Assembly: GCA_964501315.1 (NCBI GenBank)
Contig: CAZCSO010000004.1
Span: 24,179 to 88,178, forward strand
DNA: 64,000 bases
Source of the DNA: an uncultured Candidatus Izemoplasmatales bacterium
GTDB lineage: Bacteria > Bacillota_I > Bacilli_A > Izemoplasmatales > Hujiaoplasmataceae
Reading direction: 5' to 3'
Shown: piece by piece, positions 58,070-64,000 of the stretch
Layout of the letters: each line of letters begins with the position of its first letter
Numbering within the stretch: position 1 is the stretch's first letter
The notes under the pieces: model-generated
Database searches by the model: none
What the model was told of the DNA's origin: nothing
What the model saw: the letters and a program-made list of their open reading frames with translations, nothing else
Translations under genes and position numbers: made by a program

Positions 58070-59230
58070 TTATGGACACACGATATTGATCATGAGCCCG
58101 ATTCCATAAAGTAAGGCTTCTTCATCAATCGCAAATAACGGATGATGAAGACCATACGATGTCTCCGAACCTCCATAGGTTCCGAGCCAAACGAAGGCAC
58201 CGGTTTTGTAATTAATGTATTTTGAAAAATCTTCTGCACCCATACTGGGTTTTTCAAGGATCTTACAATGGTCAACTCCCAACATACGATGGATGGTATC
58301 AATGATATGCTGAGTGGGCTTGGGCTGATTGATAAGTGCGTCGTACCCCCACTGATACGTTAATTCGTAAGTTGCTTGATACTGTTTAGTAATGCGTTCG
58401 ATAACCGAGACGATTTCATCGTGTAATTGTTTGCGAATCCGTGGATTAAACGACCGAATCGTTCCTTGCATGTATGCCGTTTGAGGTATAACATTATGAG
58501 TTGTTCCAGAATGAACTTGTGAGATGGTGATAACACTTAGTTCGTTTTTATCAATTTTAGTCGGAATTATCTGATTGATTTGGGTAATAATGTCTGCTTG
58601 GATGGAGACAGGGTTGATTCCTAGATGTGGATACGCTGCGTGAGCACCCTTTCCGTTAATGGTTAACGATAACGTATCGGCAGATGCCAACATTGGACCT
58701 TCTTTGATTCCATAAATACCAACGGGTAATTCAGGAGAACAATGCAAACCATAAAAAACTTCGACATCATCGATGTGGCCGCTAGCGACCACATAATGGG
58801 CTCCACCAGGATCTGGGCCTTCTTCTGCTTCTTGAAAAATCAGTTTTACGGTACCTTTCCATAATTCTTTGTGCGTTTGTAAGTACTCTGCCACCGTCAA
58901 CACTATGGCTGTATGAGCATCATGTCCACATGCATGCATTTTCCCTTTGTTCTTTGAGCAAAAAGGAATCGATGGATTGTTTTCCTCTATGGGTAAGGCG
59001 TCCATATCGGCACGAAGTCCCATAACGGGACCATTCCCATTTTCAATAACTCCAATCAATGAATAATGACCGATGGGACCGATAACAGGAATCGAAAGAG
59101 CTGATAATTGGGATGAAACATAATCATAGGTCCCAGGTAAATCGAAGCCAATTTCAGGATGTTCATGAAGATAGCGGCGGTGTTGAATGGCTTTCTCTAG
59201 AAGATATCGTAATGAATCAATAGTCATCAT
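58070..59230 (-). CDS. M20D-family amidohydrolase (N-acyl-amino acid/hippurate hydrolase type)
   Basis: RRYLHEHPEIGF, RADMDALP, MHACGHDAHT. Confidence 0.85.
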   Translation of the reverse strand: MMTIDSLRYLLEKAIQHRRYLHEHPEIGFDLPGTYDYVSSQLSALSIPVIGPIGHYSLIGVIENGNGPVMGLRADMDALPIEENNPSIPFCSKNKGKMHACGHDAHTAIVLTVAEYLQTHKELWKGTVKLIFQEAEEGPDPGGAHYVVASGHIDDVEVFYGLHCSPELPVGIYGIKEGPMLASADTLSLTINGKGAHAAYPHLGINPVSIQADIITQINQIIPTKIDKNELSVITISQVHSGTTHNVIPQTAYMQGTIRSFNPRIRKQLHDEIVSVIERITKQYQATYELTYQWGYDALINQPKPTQHIIDTIHRMLGVDHCKILEKPSMGAEDFSKYINYKTGAFVWLGTYGGSETSYGLHHPLFAIDEEALLYGIGLMINIVCP

Positions 59231-60183
59231 GATGAACGATCCTCCTCAGTCGATTTGCCTTGCTTTTTTGTAAGCCACTGATCAAGTTTTCCTAACTTTG
59301 TGGAAGCGTAAAAACCCGATGCGATACTAACAAATCCGATCAAAATAGAAAGGATATTTGATTTGAAGAACTGTGAGGTTGCTCGGTAAAGTGGAATTTG
59401 ATCGGTGAAACTCGCTGCCGAAGTAAAATCTCGCATTTCAAAAACAATGACAATCGCCGAAGCTACGATAAATCCGAGAATAGCCATGTATGTTTTGATT
59501 GGCGCATGCTTGAAGGCTTTTTCGATTAAAAGGCTGACGATTAAAATACCGGCGACAGCGCCGAGTCCAAAGGGAATAATCACGTTCAAATGATAACTGA
59601 GTTGTGACAAATCCAAGATATTTCCAACCACATTGGTTACGATAGCCGTATAGACACCCAGTGTTATCAGTAATGCAGAACCAGATACACCTGGAATAAT
59701 CATGGTCGCCGCTGAAAGAAAACCCAATACAAACAACAATAAATAAGTTGAGATGTTAATATCAAAATAGTCAATAGTAGGGGCTAAGTTGGTGAGTTTT
59801 CCAATCAACAGTAACATAACCACTAAAAAGGCAACGATAAAACTCATGTAATCGCCTATACCGAATGTTTTCCCTTTGATGTTTTGGTATAAAGACGGAA
59901 TCCCTCCCAGCAATAAACCGATGAAAAAGGCTAGCGTGATAACGGAATTGAGATCCATCAACCATCCAAGCAATTTCGCAAGCGAAACAATCGATAAAAT
60001 AAGGCCAATCCCAATCGGTAAAAGAAACAAAACACTTTTTTTGAACTCGCTGAAAAGATGATTAATGGCATAAATAAGCGATTGATAAACACCAAGGTAG
60101 ATGGCAAGCGTTCCGCCACTTACTCCGGGGATGATAAAAGCTATCCCGATAATAAAGCCTTTTAAAATTAAAATTAAAAACAC
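59227..60183 (-). CDS. DUF368-family polytopic membrane protein
   Basis: The duplicated PGVSGGTLAI / PGVSGSALLI motifs are characteristic of DUF368. About 10 TM helices. Confidence 0.8.
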   Translation of the reverse strand: MFLILILKGFIIGIAFIIPGVSGGTLAIYLGVYQSLIYAINHLFSEFKKSVLFLLPIGIGLILSIVSLAKLLGWLMDLNSVITLAFFIGLLLGGIPSLYQNIKGKTFGIGDYMSFIVAFLVVMLLLIGKLTNLAPTIDYFDINISTYLLLFVLGFLSAATMIIPGVSGSALLITLGVYTAIVTNVVGNILDLSQLSYHLNVIIPFGLGAVAGILIVSLLIEKAFKHAPIKTYMAILGFIVASAIVIVFEMRDFTSAASFTDQIPLYRATSQFFKSNILSILIGFVSIASGFYASTKLGKLDQWLTKKQGKSTEEDRSS

Positions 60184-61499
60184 CGTTCATCACCTGATTC
60201 TTCTACAGCATCTCCAATGAGGTCGAGTCCATGTGCCGCTTTAATTTCCACGGTAACAATATCCCCGACCATCAAGGTTTTTGTTGATTGAAAAACAATG
60301 TACCCGTCGATATCATCGGGTGCGAATGCATAACTTCTTCCGTAATAGAATAACGATTGCGGATCATAATCTTCAATAATTGTTCGATGTCGTGTATGAA
60401 TCTGTTTTTTGTTTTTACGATAAGCGATTTTTTGTTGAAGATTCATAAGTTGATCCAGTCGCTCGAGTTTGATTGATTCTTCGATTTGATCTGGCATATC
60501 AAAAGCAGGCGTATCCTCTTCCTTTGAATATGCGAATGCACCTAACCGATCAAATTCCATTTCCTTCACAAATTCAATCAGTTCCTGAAAATCCTCTTCG
60601 GTCTCACCAGGGAACCCAACAATCATTGTGGTTCTTAAAATCGCTTGTGGAATATGCTCTCTAATCTTCGTAAGCAAGGATTGATAGTCTTGTTTGCTTC
60701 CACGCCGATTCATTCGCTTCAATACAGCGTTGGAGACGTGTTGCAATGGAATGTCAAAATAGGGACAAATCTTCGGATTTTGTTTTATCTCGAAAATCAA
60801 TTCATCCGTGATTTCATCGGGGTAAAGATACAAAATACGAACCATTTCCAACCCATTTAGTTGACTGATGTCGCGAAGTAATTGTGGCAACATTGATTCA
60901 TGATTAACGGTAACGTCATAACCAAATCGGGTCGTGTCTTGACTGATTAAGTTGATTTCTTTCGCACCATTTTGAACAAGAAGTGAAGCTTCATCCAAAA
61001 CCTCTTGGTAATCTCGACTGCGAAAACGTCCCCGAATCAGAGGAATTGCACAGTAAGTACACCGATTATCACAGCCATCAGAAAGTTTTAAATAGGGAGT
61101 TCGATGAGATGTAGCCAATAACCGATGGTGATAATTGATGGGACCAAACGTCAATGAGTCATCCTTCATCACACTTTGAACGATATTACCAAATAACGGA
61201 TAATCTTTTAACGTTACCACTTTATCGACAAACGGCATTTCTTGTTCTAATTTTTTTTGATATCGTTGAGCATAACATCCTGTTACAATCAACTTTTTAT
61301 GATAGCCAGCCATTTCTTTAATGGTAGCGATGGTTTCTTTCTTAGCTTCTTCAATGAACCCACATGTATTGATAATGATTAGATCGGCTTCTTCAGGATT
61401 GGGTACGATTTCAGCCCCACCATTTTCAAGCATCCCTAATATCATTTCAGAATCGATTAGATTTTTAGAACATCCCAGTGATACTAATCCAATTTTCAT
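60174..61499 (-). CDS. rimO: ribosomal protein S12 methylthiotransferase RimO (radical SAM MTTase)
   Basis: MKIGLVSLGCSKNLIDSE, radical SAM cluster CDNRCTYC, C-terminal TRAM. The start at ATG 61499 follows AGAGG. The ORF-track start at 61577 is an extension. Confidence 0.88.
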   Translation of the reverse strand: MKIGLVSLGCSKNLIDSEMILGMLENGGAEIVPNPEEADLIIINTCGFIEEAKKETIATIKEMAGYHKKLIVTGCYAQRYQKKLEQEMPFVDKVVTLKDYPLFGNIVQSVMKDDSLTFGPINYHHRLLATSHRTPYLKLSDGCDNRCTYCAIPLIRGRFRSRDYQEVLDEASLLVQNGAKEINLISQDTTRFGYDVTVNHESMLPQLLRDISQLNGLEMVRILYLYPDEITDELIFEIKQNPKICPYFDIPLQHVSNAVLKRMNRRGSKQDYQSLLTKIREHIPQAILRTTMIVGFPGETEEDFQELIEFVKEMEFDRLGAFAYSKEEDTPAFDMPDQIEESIKLERLDQLMNLQQKIAYRKNKKQIHTRHRTIIEDYDPQSLFYYGRSYAFAPDDIDGYIVFQSTKTLMVGDIVTVEIKAAHGLDLIGDAVEESGDERCF

Positions 61500-61580
61500 G
61501 CAATACCTCTTCATAATACGACTATCTCTATTATACGATGAAATGACCAAAAGACAAAAAGAAAAGAGGATTTTCATCCT

Positions 61581-63449
61581 CTAAATCATGGGATTAACGA
61601 ACTGACTGTGATAAAGTTCGTAGTAGTGCCCTTTCTTTTCAAGTAATTCATGATGATTTCCTTGTTCAACGATGGAACCATCTTTCATGACTAGGATCAA
61701 ATTGGCATTTTTGATGGTTGAGAGTCGATGTGCGATGACGAATGAGGTTCGATCTTCCATCATAAATTTCATTGCATTTTGAATGTAGGCTTCTGTACGC
61801 GTATCTACCGAAGAGGTCGCTTCGTCCAAAATCAGTATTTTCGGATTAAATAAAATGGCACGTGCAATCGTCAGAAGTTGCTTTTGTCCTTGACTTAAAT
61901 TACCGGCATCTTCAGATAATACCGTATTATACCCTTCTGGTAATGTTTCTATGAAGTGATCAACATGCGCCTGTCTTGCCGCCTCTTTGATTTCCTCAAA
62001 TGTCGCATCATCTTTTCCGTATGCAATGTTATCTTTAATACTTCCAGAGAATAACCAGGTATCTTGTAATACCATTCCAAACAAGCTTCTTAACCGTTTT
62101 CTCGGGATATCAGTATAATTGACATCATCGATGGTGATGGTACCTTTTTGAATTTCATAGAATCGCATCAACAAGTTGACCAACGTTGTTTTGCCAGCTC
62201 CCGTTGGTCCTACAATGGCGATTTGACGTCCGGAATACACATGTAAATTGAGATTTTCGATAAGATGCTGATCTTCTGTGTAAGAAAAGTCAACGTTATT
62301 AAAAATGACTTCGCCTTTATAGTCCTCGACGGATTTATCATTCACATCGAGTTCTTTTATCTCTTCGGGCTGATCAAGGACTTCAAATATCCGCTCTGCT
62401 CCTGCTATGGTTGACTGTAATGTGTTGATAAGGGATGCAATGTTTAAAATGGGATTAACAAAGTTTTTTTGATACCCAACAAAGACGGTTAAATCACCAA
62501 TCAGCAATGGGGTTGTTGCGCCTGTTAAAATGCCGCCGACAATAACGACTAAAACATAAGCTATATTCGATATAAACTCCATTATCGGACGAATAAGACC
62601 GGAAATGAATTGAGCTTTACGCGCTTCGGTGGCTAATGAGGTGTTAATGGATTGAAATTCATTGAATGTCTCGGTCTCTTTGCCAAACAACTGAACAACT
62701 TTTTGAGCGGAATAAATTTCTTCAATATATCCGTTCAGATTACCCAGTTCTTTTTGCTGCATGATGAATTTCTTTTGAGAACGTTTGGCAATTGTCGCTG
62801 TAGAAAAAATATAAAGCGGTAACGCAATCAAAGCAATAATGGTTAATTGCCATGAAATTCGGAACATCATAAACAAAACGCCAACGATGGTCAAGAAGCT
62901 GGTGATCAAGAATATTAAACTTTGCTGAAGCGATTGAGCGACGATGTCGACATCGTTTGAAAAGACGCTTAAAATATTCCCTGTCTTATTTTCATCGTAA
63001 TATTTGATGGGCATACGCTCTAATTTTAATCGTAAATCGTTTCTTAGATTGCGTCCAACAACATTGGATACATAGTTTCCTAATAACGATGAAACCAACT
63101 CAAACACAAATCGAACAAGATAAAATCCAATAAGAATGAAGAAGATTCTTACGGAATCATCCAAACTGTCAGGCGATGCTTCTCCCTTAATGACGAGTTG
63201 GAGTGCGTTGATAATCCGACGTAGATAATCCGGTGCAATGACGCCAATGACGGTCACAGTAACGGAAAAGATAATCATGATAACAATAATCCAAAGGTAA
63301 GGTCGTAGGTAATGGATTAATCGTCTCGTTGTTTTCTTTACGTCTTTTGCTTTTTCTCCAGGCATTCCGATAGGACCATGAAAGCCACCGCGGGCTCCTT
63401 GTCCTTTACGTTGTTGAGAAGACCGTGAGTATTTTTTTTCTTCACTCAT
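61581..63449 (-). CDS. ABC exporter, fused permease/ATPase (heterodimer subunit)
   Basis: Six-TM exporter domain, GPTGAGKTT Walker A, LSQGQKQLL signature, ILILDEATS Walker B. Confidence 0.9.
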   Translation of the reverse strand: MSEEKKYSRSSQQRKGQGARGGFHGPIGMPGEKAKDVKKTTRRLIHYLRPYLWIIVIMIIFSVTVTVIGVIAPDYLRRIINALQLVIKGEASPDSLDDSVRIFFILIGFYLVRFVFELVSSLLGNYVSNVVGRNLRNDLRLKLERMPIKYYDENKTGNILSVFSNDVDIVAQSLQQSLIFLITSFLTIVGVLFMMFRISWQLTIIALIALPLYIFSTATIAKRSQKKFIMQQKELGNLNGYIEEIYSAQKVVQLFGKETETFNEFQSINTSLATEARKAQFISGLIRPIMEFISNIAYVLVVIVGGILTGATTPLLIGDLTVFVGYQKNFVNPILNIASLINTLQSTIAGAERIFEVLDQPEEIKELDVNDKSVEDYKGEVIFNNVDFSYTEDQHLIENLNLHVYSGRQIAIVGPTGAGKTTLVNLLMRFYEIQKGTITIDDVNYTDIPRKRLRSLFGMVLQDTWLFSGSIKDNIAYGKDDATFEEIKEAARQAHVDHFIETLPEGYNTVLSEDAGNLSQGQKQLLTIARAILFNPKILILDEATSSVDTRTEAYIQNAMKFMMEDRTSFVIAHRLSTIKNANLILVMKDGSIVEQGNHHELLEKKGHYYELYHSQFVNPMI

Positions 63450-64000
63450 GCGAGTTCCTCCTCCGAAAGTTGCGATAATGCAATCTCTCGATAGACGTCA
63501 CAATGTGACATCAAGTCAGCGTGTTTCCCAAGACCAACAATACGGCCTTCTTGTAAAACCATGATTTTATCGGCATCTTTGATGGTCCCGATGCGTTGAG
63601 CCACAATAATAACCGAAGCTTGCTTGGTTATCGACCGAAGTTTCTTACGTAATAAGGCATCAGTTTTAAAATCCAATGCAGAGAAACTATCGTCAAAAAT
63701 ATATATTAGGGGTTTTCGAACAATGGCACGTGCAATCGACAAACGTTGTTTCTGACCACCCGAAAAATTAACACCGCCCTGGTCGACCAAGGTATCATAA
63801 CGTTCGGGGAGAGAATCAATGAATTCTCTTGCTTGAGCGATGGCTGCCGCTTCTTCGATGTCGCCTTGCGATGCAAGTTCGTTACCATACAGAATATTAT
63901 CTTTGATTGATCCGGTAAATAAAGTTGCTGATTGTGGAACAAAACCCATTAAAGAACGAAGTTTAGAAAGGTGAATATCACGAACATCAACACCATCAAT
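63446..64000 (-). CDS. ABC exporter, fused permease/ATPase, C-terminal part (5' end outside the window)
   Basis: The frame is open to the window edge. FSGGQKQRLSIARA signature, IYIFDDSFSALD Walker B. 4-nt overlap with the downstream partner. Confidence 0.88.
   Translation of the reverse strand: MDGVDVRDIHLSKLRSLMGFVPQSATLFTGSIKDNILYGNELASQGDIEEAAAIAQAREFIDSLPERYDTLVDQGGVNFSGGQKQRLSIARAIVRKPLIYIFDDSFSALDFKTDALLRKKLRSITKQASVIIVAQRIGTIKDADKIMVLQEGRIVGLGKHADLMSHCDVYREIALSQLSEEELA

Overview
The window looks like a low-GC Bacillota-type chromosome segment, and almost all of it is transcribed on the minus strand. Gene order mirrors two classic Bacillus subtilis neighbourhoods. The first is yqeG-yqeH-yqeK-rsfS-yqeM-comEA-comEC-holA/rpsT at about 13.8-21.6 kb. 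The second is mtnN-greA-udk-yrrO-yrrN-yrrM-yrzB-ruvX-alaS-recD2 at about 25-35.5 kb. These are flanked by central-metabolism and translation genes (pyk, typA, gap, trpS, ppa, rimO, pepF). I found two T-box leaders (alaS with specifier GCU, trpS with specifier UGG). I found no rRNA, tRNA or CRISPR array. The housekeeping backbone is interrupted at about 38.6-50.06 kb by an AT-richer integrated element of about 11.5 kb. It carries a TndX/TnpX-like large serine recombinase, an excisionase-type HTH protein, and a prim-pol/DUF3987 replication protein followed by an iteron-type origin. It also carries a single orphan HK97-fold capsid gene, two proteins sharing a C-terminal zinc ribbon, a cyclophilin-like lipoprotein and a right-end cargo module. 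That cargo module is a small Cro/C1 HTH protein translationally coupled to a gamma-class N6-adenine methyltransferase, which faces a translationally coupled pair of ORFans of 200 and 254 aa with no motif I can recognise. The element has no relaxase or T4SS and no portal, terminase, tail or lysis genes, so it behaves like a phage-satellite-type replicon rather than an ICE or prophage. The ORFan pair with the methyltransferase, and the orphan capsid, are my best candidates for an undescribed system. Secondary observations are a 1368-aa cytoplasmic multi-sensor GGDEF-EAL protein, a ComEA with a triplicated SLBB domain, an Spx paralogue with a Cys-rich tail, and a membrane-anchored EIIB-like protein lacking the phospho-cysteine next to HPr. 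All family calls come from reading motifs in the translations. No database search was run, and the exact att sites could not be fixed.
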